DNA from: an uncultured Planctomycetaceae bacterium
GTDB lineage: Bacteria; Planctomycetota; Planctomycetia; Planctomycetales; Planctomycetaceae
Assembly (NCBI GenBank): GCA_963813715.1
Contig: CAWFAK010000017.1
Span: forward strand, 224,001-288,000
Length of the DNA: 64,000 nucleotides
Direction: 5' to 3'
Below, piece after piece: positions 1 to 10,079 of the stretch (positions are counted from its first letter, which is position 1; the number at the start of each line of letters is the position of its first letter). Under the pieces are notes generated by a model that saw only the letters and a list, made by a program, of their open reading frames with translations, did not search any database and was not told where the DNA came from. The position numbers and the translations under genes were made by a program.

Positions 1-1355
1 GATCGCCCACTTTTTCCTCCACCTGCTGCGAGACCCGGTATCCGATGATGGATCACTCCCGCTTGGCCTTGGGGTGACTTGTTCGCGCGCGAGCCCTTGC
101 TCGATGGCCCGCAGCTGGCCCACAACGACTTGCGCCGTTGCGGGGCGGTCATCGGGCGATTTCGACAAGAGCTTGTCGACCAGGTCGGACAGCGCACGGG
201 GCACCTGCGGATTGAGCGTCCGCAAGGGAAGCGGTTCCTCACAGGCCAGCGCGCGTAGCACAGCGAGCAGATCGCTCCCCCCGAACGGAGCTCGGCCGGT
301 TGCCATCCGATACAGGACGCATCCCAGGCTGAATAAATCGGTCCGCGGATCAACGGCATCTCCGGCGACCTGTTCGGGGGCCATGTACCGCGGCGTGCCG
401 ATCAACATTCCCGCGTGGCTGGTTTCCGGTTCGGCAGCCCACAACTTCGCCAGGCCGAAGTCCAGGATCTTGACTCTTCCCGACGCAGACTCAACTTGCA
501 GAGAACTCTTGGACTCGCCGGGCGGAGCCACCGAGTCGCCCTGTCCGTCGTCTCGCAAGAGGCTCTTCACGGGATTCGGCGGCTGCGGTCCTTCCAGCCA
601 GACGTTGGTCGGTTTGATATCGCGATGCAGCAGGCCCTGTGCATGAGCCGCAGCCAGCCCCTCGGCGATCTCGCGGCCGATCCGGACAATTTGAGGGACA
701 CTCAATCGACCGGCGCGGACAAGACGGTCTTCGAGGGTTTCGCCGTGGAGCAATTCCAGGACAAGGAAGGGCGTCTCCCCTTGCGATCCCACTTGATGGA
801 TCGTCACGACGTGCTCGTGCTTGAGCGCTGCGGCGCTCTGCGCCTCACGCAGGAATCGTTCGGTCGATCCAGGCCTGGCAGCAATGGCTGGATGCAAAAT
901 CTTCAGAGCGACCCGCCGCTTAAGCTGAGTGTCCTCCGCCTCGAACACCGCTGCCATTCCGCCGATACCCAAAAGGCCCAGGACACGGAAATCGGCGATT
1001 CGACCGATTTCGTCTGCAGATTGCGGCGGGGACAGCACAGTTTTGAAATCGGCCAACGAGGGAGATAGCGCGTCGTGATCGGGACACGTATCATCACGGG
1101 TCACGAGCCACGTGGAGAGGGCATCTCGCACTCGCCCGAGCGGAAGGTACATCGTCCTTGTCGGCTCGCCAGCGGCGCGACCCGCCCGCGCGGCTTCGAC
1201 GATTTCGTCTGAGACGATCCATTGCCGCAACGCGTCCAAGCACGTCGCGCAGGTATCCACGTGTTGAGCGATCGTCTGCGCCGGGTGCCGCGAACTTTCC
1301 CCAAGACCATCTGGTGTAATTCGTCGCGCCACGGACAGCCGCTCAGGTCAGGCAT
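1..1355 (-). CDS. Ser/Thr protein kinase (Hanks type) with N-terminal HxxxCxxC zinc-finger-like motif; runs off the window start; frameshift near 1270
   Basis: Manual minus-strand translation gives LGIGGMAAVF, VALK, HRDIKPTN, VKILDFGLAK, GTPRYMAPE and DLFSLG; N-terminal HVDTCATC; ATG at 1355 with GAGGAGG RBS, overlapping the FHA gene stop. Missing from the ORF track. Confidence 0.93.
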
Positions 1356-1809
1356 CGCCATCCTCCTCTCGCTGGGGAGGGTGGACTGGATCCGAGCCGG
1401 GGGGAATGATTGCGGCATCGTCGGCCGGGATCGGTTCGTCGTCTAAGTTGGCGAACCCGCCCGTCCCGGTCGAGGAAGCTTCCGTGATGAGCGGCGAACT
1501 GGTGGGCTCTGTCGCGGGCGACAGATCAACCAAGAAGTTGATCTCACCGATGCAGACGTTGTCGTCGTGCAGCAGGACAATCGCATTCGTGCCGATCCGA
1601 CATCCGTTGACAAACGTCCCGTTTTTGCTCCCGAGCTCGCGGAGTCGAAGCGAGTGCTCGTCGCGCAACAGAATGCAGTGGTACCTGCTGACGAAGTCGC
1701 TGTCGATTCGGAGATCGCAGTCTTCCGCGCGCCCGATCAGGAGCTTTCGGGCAAGTCGGATGGACTGTCCCGATAAAGGGCCGCCAACTACCTTCAGCCT
1801 CGCGTCCAT
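1348..1809 (-). CDS. FHA domain protein
   Basis: IGR...CDL.I....VSRYH and GSKNGTFVNG FHA motifs. Confidence 0.92.
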   Translation of the reverse strand: MDARLKVVGGPLSGQSIRLARKLLIGRAEDCDLRIDSDFVSRYHCILLRDEHSLRLRELGSKNGTFVNGCRIGTNAIVLLHDDNVCIGEINFLVDLSPATEPTSSPLITEASSTGTGGFANLDDEPIPADDAAIIPPGSDPVHPPQREEDGDA

Positions 1810-2332
1810 TATCTCGTCAGTATAGTTAACTCGACCGAGCTCTGGGCGCGTTCTCGGCTAGGGATTTCTACCTAGCTCCCGTGCGGGAAATGCTCGCAGG
1901 CGATCCCGGCGTTGTCGCGATTCGAGTCCCCTCTTCCTTTCGTGATGACCGTAGGCGGCAATACACCCGAGTTTTGTCCGGTATCGGATGGCCACCCGGT
2001 CCGATTTGCAAAGTCCGAGTTCCGGAAACCCGTCGAATCCTATAATTCGCTTGCGGAGCGTTTTTCCAATGCTGCGCTGGTTGAATGTTCCTTGGATAAA
2101 CTGAGTTCGCCGTCGAAGTTGCGAGCAGAAAGAGCCTCGGGATTTTGGCTCCCCGGATTGCGGTGGCCCCCGTTCTGACGGGCGAACAACCACCGACCGG
2201 ATTTGGAGGTATGGAACCACTGAACTCGATGCTGACCGGTCATCGGAGACCACTGATCCGAAAACTGCCAACGCTCCCAATCGCTGCCCTTCATCGGGGT
2301 CGCTGATGCGGAATTCGTCCTCGGGACCAACC

Positions 2333-2941
2333 TCAAGGGAAATGCGGCTCCAAAAGCGAGCGAAGCGCCTGGCGAGCGCGGTGGAGTCGGGTCTTCACTG
2401 TTCCGGGAGTCGCGCGCAGTATTTCCGCCGTTTCCTGAGTACTCAGTTCCTCGATGTCGCGGAGGATCAGAACGGTTCGGTGATCGTCGGGGAGCATGTC
2501 GATGCAACGGCGGACGAGCTCCCGAGTCTCCTCGCGCAGCAGCCTATGGTCGGGAGCCGATTTCCATCGACGGACTGCCTGCCTGTGGCGCCCGGAAGTG
2601 TCGAAGGTTGGCAACAAAGCATCGATCGAAAGCGAAGGCTGAGGGGCTCGGCTGCGGAGTTTCATCAGGCAAACATTCACGACGATGCGGTGCAACCAGG
2701 TCCCGAGAGCCGAGTTTCCCTTGAATGTTCCGATCGACTGAACGGCAGAGAGAAAACTCTCCTGGACCGCGTCCTCGCAGTCGGAGTCGGATTGCAGAAA
2801 TCGCCGGGCGGTCGCGAATGCCGTTGAGCCGAACCTTCGCACAAACTCTTCGCCGGCGTTCGTTTCCCTGTCTTTGAGCGCGGCCGCCAAAGTCAGGTCA
2901 TCGGGATAAAGCGGAGAGAGCTGCGCCGTCTCACTGCTCAT
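2333..2941 (-). CDS. ECF RNA polymerase sigma-70 factor
   Basis: Region 2 (EDAVQESFL, TWLHRIVVN) and region 4 (LRDIEELSTQETAEIL...GTVKTRLHRAR). Confidence 0.95.
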   Translation of the reverse strand: MSSETAQLSPLYPDDLTLAAALKDRETNAGEEFVRRFGSTAFATARRFLQSDSDCEDAVQESFLSAVQSIGTFKGNSALGTWLHRIVVNVCLMKLRSRAPQPSLSIDALLPTFDTSGRHRQAVRRWKSAPDHRLLREETRELVRRCIDMLPDDHRTVLILRDIEELSTQETAEILRATPGTVKTRLHRARQALRSLLEPHFP

Positions 2942-3221
2942 CTGGACGCCGCACCTCCCGCTCGTCGTTCAGTCGCAAGAGCGTCGCGACGAAGGCAGAG
3001 CACGACTCGACCGCCACCCCCTCTCGCAGCAGGTTTTGCAACAGCTCGATTCCGGCCGCGTCGACGAACGTGAGTGCCGACAGGTCGAGTCGAGGAAGGA
3101 GTGGGGGCACTCGTTGCGAAAACAGGGCGCGAACCTCAGTCACCCAGGGCTCGAGTAATTTGCCCTCCAAGACCACGATCGTTCCCTCGACCGGCGTAAC
3201 TCTTTGCGTGATTTTCAGCAC
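2931..3221 (-). CDS. Small STAS-like (anti-anti-sigma type) protein
   Basis: LDLSALTFVDAAG STAS motif; GTG at 3221 with GAGGAAAG RBS; stop overlaps the sigma start. Confidence 0.8.
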   Translation of the reverse strand: MLKITQRVTPVEGTIVVLEGKLLEPWVTEVRALFSQRVPPLLPRLDLSALTFVDAAGIELLQNLLREGVAVESCSAFVATLLRLNDEREVRRPDEQ

Positions 3222-3255
3222 GATTGCTTCTTTCCTCGGAGACGCCACCAGACAA

Positions 3256-3272
3256 ATGCGAAGGACGTGCCG
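3256..3272 (-). promoter_or_regulatory. Sigma54 (-24/-12) promoter for the STAS-ECF operon
   Basis: Minus strand CGGCACGTCCTTCGCAT = GG-N10-GC, about 35 bp upstream of the STAS start; a sigma54 activator gene is adjacent. Confidence 0.7.
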
Positions 3273-3374
3273 CCTCTTTAGAAGACGACGCTGGAACATC
3301 GGAAGACCATGGGGGCTGAGCAGTTGCGTACGACGATTCAGTCGCGGTGCCCCCTCGATTGCTGCGCTGCCAAG

Positions 3375-3408
3375 CCTCGAAATGTCGTGGGTCCACGAGC
3401 TTTCGTGG
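3375..3408. promoter_or_regulatory. Tandem palindromic sites, probable upstream activator sequences for the sigma54 activator
   Basis: CCTCGA-AATG-TCGTGG (3375-3390) and CCACGA-GCTT-TCGTGG (3393-3408), about 105-135 bp upstream of the -24 element. Confidence 0.55.
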
Positions 3409-3451
3409 GCACGACCCCCTTCGAGATTCGGCGCGGCGAGCTGAGATTTCT

Positions 3452-3481
3452 GTAACTTCGGCGGCTGTTGCGTCATCCGAT
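3452..3481 (+). promoter_or_regulatory. Putative ECF promoter GTAAC-N16-TCATCCGAT upstream of the anti-sigma gene
   Basis: Same motif and spacing recur at 6094-6123. Confidence 0.65.
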
Positions 3482-3537
3482 ATTGGGGCAGCCACTTCAC
3501 GCGCACCGTCGCCGGCGCCTCAGAGACGGGACGAACG

Positions 3538-3804
3538 TTGAACTGTCGCGATGTAATCGAACGACTTGGCGACCTTGTCGACGGCGATCTGCATGTGATC
3601 CCGAGATTGCGCCTGAGGATTCATACCTGGTTGTGCCGGCATTGCCGCAATTACCTTCGGTCCTACGAAACCACGCTGAGGGCTGAGAAGGCTGCGATGT
3701 GCGATGTGCGAGGCGCGTCAGCCAATGGCCGACGTCTTCGTCGCAAAGATCGTTGGCACGGTGATGGGCGCTCGGCCGACGGACGATTCGAGCGATCGGA
3801 TTGA
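3538..3804 (+). CDS. Zinc-finger anti-sigma factor (zf-HC2/ZAS); C-terminus possibly frameshifted
   Basis: [18 protein letters not shown]...HTWLCRHC (Cys plus HxxxCxxC). Confidence 0.85.
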   Translation: MNCRDVIERLGDLVDGDLHVIPRLRLRIHTWLCRHCRNYLRSYETTLRAEKAAMCDVRGASANGRRLRRKDRWHGDGRSADGRFERSD

Positions 3805-3944
3805 CGGACGGCCGTTTCCGCCTGGCGAACGAATCACATGCCGCTCTGCGGATCGTCTCTTCTCTTCCTGCGTGCCCGGTCTCGCCCGGGTATCATGAGA
3901 GTCACGGATCCCGCTGTGAAGATTCGCAACAGCATACGTGGAAT

Positions 3945-5909
3945 ATGATTGATCCGACCGACGCCCCGGACGAGGATCGCAGGTCGATCGCTTCGCGCCC
4001 GGACGAGACCGACTCCGAGGAGCGCGAGCGAGTAGATCTCGAAGAAATGCAGTCGCTGCGCGAGATCGCGCAAGGCACCGGGCACACCTCTGGGATCGCG
4101 TTCTTCCAAACCCTCGTTGAGCATCTGGCAAGGGCTCTCGACGCGAAATACGCCTTCGTCGCCGAGTTCGCCGGCTCGAACACCCGCGTGCACACAATTG
4201 CCTACTGGGGTGAGGGCCGGATTCTCGAAGACGAGGAATGGGATCTGCCCGGCACGCCCTGCGAAGACGTTGTGCGGGGGAACTTATGCCATCACCCAAC
4301 GGGCGTGCGCCTCAAGTTCCCCGGGGATGCGGCCCTGGTGAAGATGGGCGTCGAAAGCTATTTGGGTGTGCCGCTGCTTGCGCCCGATGGCGAGCACTTG
4401 GGGCACCTGGCTGTCTTCGATCCCCGACCAATGCCCGAGATGCCGCGGAAGCTGCTGATTTTCCGCATATTTGCGGCCCGCGCGGCAGCGGAGCTGGCGC
4501 GACTTCGCGTCGAGCGCGGCCTGATCGAGAGCGAAGAGCGTTTCCGCGACCTGTTTGAAGAGGCGCCGATCGCCTACGTCCATGAAGATCTCGATTCTCG
4601 CTTTGTCCGTGCGAACCGGGCCGCCGTGCGGATTCTGGGCCTCGACTCGGACGAGGTCGTCGGCACGGTTGGCATGTCGCTGGTGGCGGACACGCCCGAG
4701 AACAAACGCACAATCCAGCAGGCATTCGCAGCGGTCGGCCGGGGAACCGACACCGGCGGCATCGTGCTCGAGCTTCGACGGAAAGACAACGGCCAGCCGG
4801 TTTGGGTGCAGTGGTGGTCGAAGCCCGAGCCCAATGGGAAGTACACGCGCACGATGTTCGTCGACATCACCGAGCGCGTGCTCATGGAGCGCGAGCAGGC
4901 GCGGCTCAAGGCCGAAAATCTCTATTTGCAGGAAGAGATCAAAGCTGACCATAACTTCGAAGAGATCGTTGGACAGAGTCCGGTGATCTTGAAGACGTTG
5001 GACAACGTGCTCAAAGTCGCGCCCACGGATGCTTCGGTTCTAATTTCCGGGGAAACAGGAACCGGTAAGGAACTCATCGCCCGCGCGATTCACTCCAACA
5101 GTCGCCGCCGCGAAAAGCCGTTGATCAAGATTAACTGTGCCGCCCTGCCGACCGGCCTGGTCGAGAGCGAGCTGTTCGGCCATGAGAAAGGGGCATTCAC
5201 CGGGGCGATCGCGAAGCGCATTGGCCGATTCGAGCTGGCTGACGGCGGGACGATTTTCCTCGACGAGATCGGGGAAATCCCGCTCGAAGCACAGACGAAA
5301 CTGCTCCGGGTGCTTCAGGAGAAGGAGTTCGAACGAGTCGGCGGAAAATCGCCCATCCGCGTCGACGTGCGGGTAATCGCGGCGACGAACCGCGACTTGC
5401 TCGCGGCCGTGCGAGAGAAGACTTTCCGCGAGGATTTGTACTACCGGCTGAATGTCTTTCCGATCGTCGTTCCCCCCTTGCGAGACCGGACAGACGACAT
5501 TCCCCTGTTCGGCGCATTTCTTGACAAGAAAGTGCGGCCGGCAGATCGGCAAACTGATCGAAAGGATTGACAGCGACTCGCTAGAACGGCTCTGCGCTAC
5601 CACTGGCCGGGAAACGTGCGGGAGCTGGAGAACGTGATTGAGCGTGCCTTGATTCTTTCGACGGGGTCGGTGCTCGAGATCGACTCCGACCTGGTCCCCG
5701 CTGAGCCCGCGAGACTGACCGGGGGCTCACTGCTTGCCATCGAGCGAGACCATATTCAAAGAGTCCTCGAGCAAACCGGCGGCGTCATCGAAGGAGCCAA
5801 CGGTGCTGCGCGAATTCTCGACATGCATCCGAATACGCTTCGCAGCCGGATGAAAAAGCTGGGCATCCGCAGGACCGGCGACGACGCGCGACCAGGCCGG
5901 CTTTCTTGA
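3945..5909 (+). CDS. Sigma54-dependent enhancer-binding protein (GAF-PAS-AAA+-HTH, FhlA/NifA-like); frameshifted at about 5510-5600
   Basis: GETGTGKE Walker [42 protein letters not shown] and a Fis-type HTH ([22 protein letters not shown]) in later frames. Confidence 0.95.
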
Positions 5910-6093
5910 ACGCCGAGCGCACCGCTGTAACGCCCACCACTCGCCCCGCATCTAACCTTCGGGGTCCCCGTCGCGTCAGGCGGAACCTGAGCGACGCGAC
6001 GGGCCAACCCGATTCATCTCTGCGCTCAGCGGGTGGGACCGCGCAATTTCCCACCGCTGAACGCTCGCATTCGGGTTCGCTTCGCGAAATCCC

Positions 6094-6123
6094 GTAACCT
6101 GCGGGTATCTCAAATCATCCAAT
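6094..6123 (+). promoter_or_regulatory. Putative ECF promoter GTAAC-N16-TCATCCAAT upstream of the Met-rich lipoprotein operon
   Basis: Matches 3452-3481 in both boxes and in spacing. Confidence 0.65.
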
Positions 6124-6224
6124 CAGAGTGATCTGGAGCGGGAACGCCTCACCAAAGCCTCGTCGTTGAACTTTCCACCCCGCGGCAGTCGTCGAGTGGC
6201 CATCCATTTGATCGGGAGAGATTT

Positions 6225-6521
6225 ATGCGTCGCCTCGTTAACGGAGTCCCCTTAGTTGTCTTGGCCATTGGCCTGGGTCTGGGAATCGCCGGCTGTGGCT
6301 CCTCGGATGCCACGCCCAGCGGAAAATCATCCACCGGGAAGATGGGCGACAAGATGAGTTCGGACAAGATGGGCTCAGACAAAATGTCGTCCGACAAAAT
6401 GGGGTCTGACAAGATGAGTTCGGACAAGATGAGTTCGGACAAAATGGCCACCGACAAAATGGGCTCGGACAAAATGGGAACCGACAAGATGGGCTCCGAC
6501 AAAATGGGCGACGGGAAGTAG
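6225..6521 (+). CDS. Methionine-rich pentapeptide-repeat lipoprotein (MXKDX/MrpX-like)
   Basis: Signal peptide with lipobox IAG-C, then 12 KM units (DKMSS/DKMGS); RBS GGGAGA. Confidence 0.88.
   Translation: MRRLVNGVPLVVLAIGLGLGIAGCGSSDATPSGKSSTGKMGDKMSSDKMGSDKMSSDKMGSDKMSSDKMSSDKMATDKMGSDKMGTDKMGSDKMGDGK
6348..6512 (+). repeat. Coding tandem repeat, 11 x 15 bp (GACAARATGnnnnnn)
   Basis: Direct inspection. Confidence 0.95.
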
Positions 6522-6605
6522 TTTCCCTGAGCGGGCTCTGAACGCCGTGCTCAAGAAAAATCTGATTTCGCGTCGTCTTCTGCGCGGCAGTCGGGAGGTT
6601 GGTCC

Positions 6606-7340
6606 GTGAAGCGACTCGACCCCAAGCATCCCCGCGCGATTCGCTGGTTTCACTGGATCAATGTGCCCCTGCTGACCGGGATGGTCTGGAGTGGCCTGCT
6701 CATCTATTGGGCCAACGATATCTACCGGATCGGCTGGGGCGGCTTCACGTTATTTCATTTCTTTCCCGATTGGTTTTATCGCGCGCTCAATCTGAGGTTT
6801 CGCCTGGCCGAGGGGATGGCCTGGCACTTTTTTCTGATGTGGTTCTTCGCCATCAATGGCGTCCTCTACGTGTCCTATACCTGCCTTTCGGGCGAGTGGC
6901 GGGAACTCGTGCCGAACCGTCGGTCGTTTCGCGAGGCGATCCTGGTCGTCCTGCACGATCTGCGACTGATCAAGACGCCGCCGCCCCAAGGCAAATTCAA
7001 TGCTGCTCAGCGGTTCGCCTACACCGGTGTCGTGATGATGGGGGCTGGCTCGCTGACGACGGGGCTCGCGATTTACAAGCCGGTGCAACTCGCGTGGCTG
7101 ACTGGGCTGCTCGGCGGTTACGAGGCGGCTCGACTGGAACACTTCCTGCTTACGATCGGCTACTCGCTGTTTTTCGTGGTCCACATCTCGCAAGTCATCC
7201 GGGCCGGATGGAACAACTTCCGCGCGATGGTGACGGGATTCGAGGTTGCGGAGGGAAATCAACCTTCTCCCGCGACACCCCCAATTGGCCGTGCGGCAAT
7301 CGTAACCGGACCAGTAAGGTCGGCCTCCAAACCGACATGA
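6606..7340 (+). CDS. Cytochrome b/b6 membrane subunit (Ni-hydrogenase/thiosulfate reductase cytb type; functional MsrQ analogue)
   Basis: RWFHWIN, WHF, GKFNAAQR, H...H heme ligands in TM helices. Confidence 0.88.
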   Translation: MKRLDPKHPRAIRWFHWINVPLLTGMVWSGLLIYWANDIYRIGWGGFTLFHFFPDWFYRALNLRFRLAEGMAWHFFLMWFFAINGVLYVSYTCLSGEWRELVPNRRSFREAILVVLHDLRLIKTPPPQGKFNAAQRFAYTGVVMMGAGSLTTGLAIYKPVQLAWLTGLLGGYEAARLEHFLLTIGYSLFFVVHISQVIRAGWNNFRAMVTGFEVAEGNQPSPATPPIGRAAIVTGPVRSASKPT

Positions 7341-7376
7341 GCCCCCAAAGCGACATAAGCCATCGAGTGAACAACC

Positions 7377-8184
7377 GTGAGCGCGACTCCTCAACAAAAG
7401 GACAACCCGGAGGACGAGGTCGCGAGGCAAATTCGCCGCATCACGCGACGCTCCTTCGGCACAGGCGCGGTGGCTGCGACGGCAGGCTTGGCGGGGTGGC
7501 GTTGGCTACGAACGCGCGCCGACGTGGACGGCATTCCGTGGCCGTTGCGGCGGATGCTGGAGTGGAATCAGCGGCTTGCGCAAGCCTACTTCCGGCGGAC
7601 CCGGCTGTCGCCGACCTTTCCCGCCAGCGCTGCCCGCATGCCGCGAGCCAACGGCCACGTCGGTCTTGACGCTCGATTCGATCCGGCACACTGGTCGCTT
7701 CGCCTCGAAAACTCGGTCATCGGGAAGCCGCTGACAGTCACGCTTGATGACATCAAATCGTTGCCGCAGGTCGAGATGGTCACCGAGCTCCGCTGTATCG
7801 AAGGCTGGAGTGATCCCGTGCGTTGGACTGGCGCGCGCCTCGTCGACCTCGTGTCTCGATCCGGGATTGCGACTCGAAGCGGGGCAAAACCCGATCTCGA
7901 GCAAGCTGACGCGGACTTGCTGCCCTATGTGAAGTTGTCGACCCCAGACGAAGCGTATTACGTGGGCCTGGACATTCAGAGCGCGCTGCATCCGCAGACA
8001 TTGCTCTGCTACGAAATGGACGGCGCGCCGCTGACCCCTGGGCACGGCGCATCCGCTGCGGCTTGTGATTCCCGTCAAGTACGGCATTAAGAACATCAAG
8101 CGCATCGGAACAATCCGTTTCACTGACGAGCGTCCTGCCGATTACTGGGCCGAGCGCGGCTACGACTGGTACGCCGGACATTGA
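7377..8184 (+). CDS. Tat-exported molybdopterin oxidoreductase, sulfite oxidase family (MsrP/YedY-like); frameshift near 8050
   Basis: TRRSF Tat motif, RCIEGWS Mo-binding Cys; PLRLVIPVKYGIKNIK...YWAERGY in the shifted frame. Confidence 0.9.
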
Positions 8185-8261
8185 TCTGCGGCCCTTCGTG
8201 AATAACGGGGCCGTGACGCAATTGGCTCGACCCCTGACTAGCTCCAATTAAGGAGAACTCG

Positions 8262-9158
8262 ATGAACCATGAGCCCAAAATCTCTGACCGCACTGTGCGA
8301 AGCGAAGTCCTCGCTGTCGAGGGACTCGACATCTTCTATCGGGAAGCCGGCAATCCTGGTAGCCCTGTCATCGTCTTGCTGCATGGCTTTCCCGCCTCGT
8401 CGCATCAGTACCGCAACCTCATTCCGGCCCTGGCCGATCGGTTCCACGTCGTCGCGATGGACTACCCGGGGTTCGGCAACAGCTCGATGCCCGACCCGGC
8501 GAAGTATTCGTACACGTTCGATAAGACCGCCGAAGTCGTCGAAGCGTTCCTGACTAAGAAGGGTCTCAAGCGTTTCGGAGTCTTCATGCAGGACTACGGC
8601 GGGCCCGTCGGCTTTCGGATCCTTTGCCGTCATCCGGAGTGGCTCGAGTGGCTCATCATTCAGAACACGAACGCGTACGTGCAAGGTTTCACTCCCGTCT
8701 GGGACGGCTTCCGCAACGCCCTCTGGAAACGCAGGACCCCCGAGTCCGAAAAGCCCCTCTCTGGTTTCTTGGAGCTGGAAGCGATTAAGAGCGTCTATCT
8801 GCATGGACACAAACTGCCGGCTTTGATCAGCCCCGATAACTGGAACATGGATTTTCGGTACATGGACCGCCAGGGCGCTCGACAGATCCAGATGGATTTC
8901 TTTTATGATTACCGCACCAACGTCGAACTGTATCCGAAGTGGCAGGAGTTTTTACGCACGCAGAAACCTCAGACCCTCATCTTCTGGGGCCAGAACGACA
9001 TCTTCTTCACCCCGGAGGGCGGAGAAGCGTATCTGAAAGACCTGCCCCAAGCGGAGATTCACCGCCTCGACTCGGGCCACTTCGCCGTCGAGGATTGCCT
9101 GGAATACATCTCCAGCAACATCCATCGCTTTTTTGAGAAACGACTCGCTTCCAGATAG
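8262..9158 (+). CDS. Alpha/beta hydrolase (epoxide hydrolase/dehalogenase-like, Asp nucleophile)
   Basis: LLHGFP, QDYGG, GHF. Confidence 0.92.
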   Translation: MNHEPKISDRTVRSEVLAVEGLDIFYREAGNPGSPVIVLLHGFPASSHQYRNLIPALADRFHVVAMDYPGFGNSSMPDPAKYSYTFDKTAEVVEAFLTKKGLKRFGVFMQDYGGPVGFRILCRHPEWLEWLIIQNTNAYVQGFTPVWDGFRNALWKRRTPESEKPLSGFLELEAIKSVYLHGHKLPALISPDNWNMDFRYMDRQGARQIQMDFFYDYRTNVELYPKWQEFLRTQKPQTLIFWGQNDIFFTPEGGEAYLKDLPQAEIHRLDSGHFAVEDCLEYISSNIHRFFEKRLASR

Positions 9159-9225
9159 ACCTCGGCGGCTAGCGCAATTGCGCGGGCCGTACTGACACAC
9201 ATCTTTTTGAAACAAGGGGCATTAG

Positions 9226-9997
9226 ATGTCGACGTCAGTTGCCGTTGTCACGGGGGCCAGCCAGGGGATTGGTCAAGCGACGGCGATCCGTCTCGCCCGC
9301 GATTTTTCATCGCTGGTCCTGGTCGCGCGGAACCGTGCCAATCTGGAGCAGACGGCCGAAGCAGTGAAGGCGGCCGGCGCCCAAGCGTTGGTGATTGATA
9401 TCGATCTCGCCCAGCCTTCGGCCGCCCGAACGGTGGTCGATCAGACCGTGCAGGCCTTTGGCCGAATCGACGCGCTGCTCAATATCTCCGGTGCGGTCCC
9501 ACAGATCGATCTGTTCGAGATGACGGACGAGCAATGGGAGGCGGGCCTGGCGCTCAAGTTGCACGGCGCCCGGCGACTCACCATCGCCGCCTGGCCCGCG
9601 TTGAAGGAGGCCAACGGCTCGGTCGTGCTGATGTCGGGCAATTCGGCCCTCTTCCCGAAGGCGCCTTACGCGGCGGTCGGTACAATCAACGCGGCGATCA
9701 TCGCGCTGGCTAAAGCCTTTTCCGATCGCGGCATCACCGACGGCGTTCAGGTGAACAGCGTGCTGCCGGGACCCGTGCATGACCGGCCGCCGCCGCTCGT
9801 ATCTCGAGCACTGGGCGCCGCTGCACCAGATGACGGTTGAGGAGGCCACGGCCAAATTTCCGAAGGAGGCCGGCATCGCCCGCTACGGCAAGCCCGAAGA
9901 GATCGCCGAGCTGATGGCCTTTCTGGTGTCGCCGGGCGCCCGCTGGATGACCGGTTCGACGCTCCGGATGGATGGTGGGGAGGTGAAGTCGATCTGA
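9226..9997 (+). CDS. Short-chain dehydrogenase/reductase; frameshift near 9778
   Basis: TGASQGIG, VNSVLPG; C-terminal TGSTLRMDGG in the second frame. Confidence 0.92.
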
Positions 9998-10079
9998 CGG
10001 CAGCGGCCGCGTCGGGCCCACACGCGAAGACAACTTCGATTGATAGCCGGTTGCAATTCGTCCCGGTGGAAAGAGTGCG

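Noticed and set aside
74..1068. Plus-strand ORFs at the window start
   Set aside because: Antisense to the clear kinase frame
1858..2280. ORFs between the FHA and ECF genes
   Set aside because: No recognisable domain or consistent coding signal
6197..6213. TGGCCATCCATTTGAT as a sigma54 promoter
   Set aside because: GA instead of GC at -12, and too close to the start codon
6149..6502. Antisense ORF with ILSEP/ILSEL repeats
   Set aside because: Mirror of the Met-rich lipoprotein, which has an RBS, lipobox and operon context
6348..6512. Repeat array as a possible CRISPR
   Set aside because: 15-bp in-frame coding repeats without spacers; no cas genes
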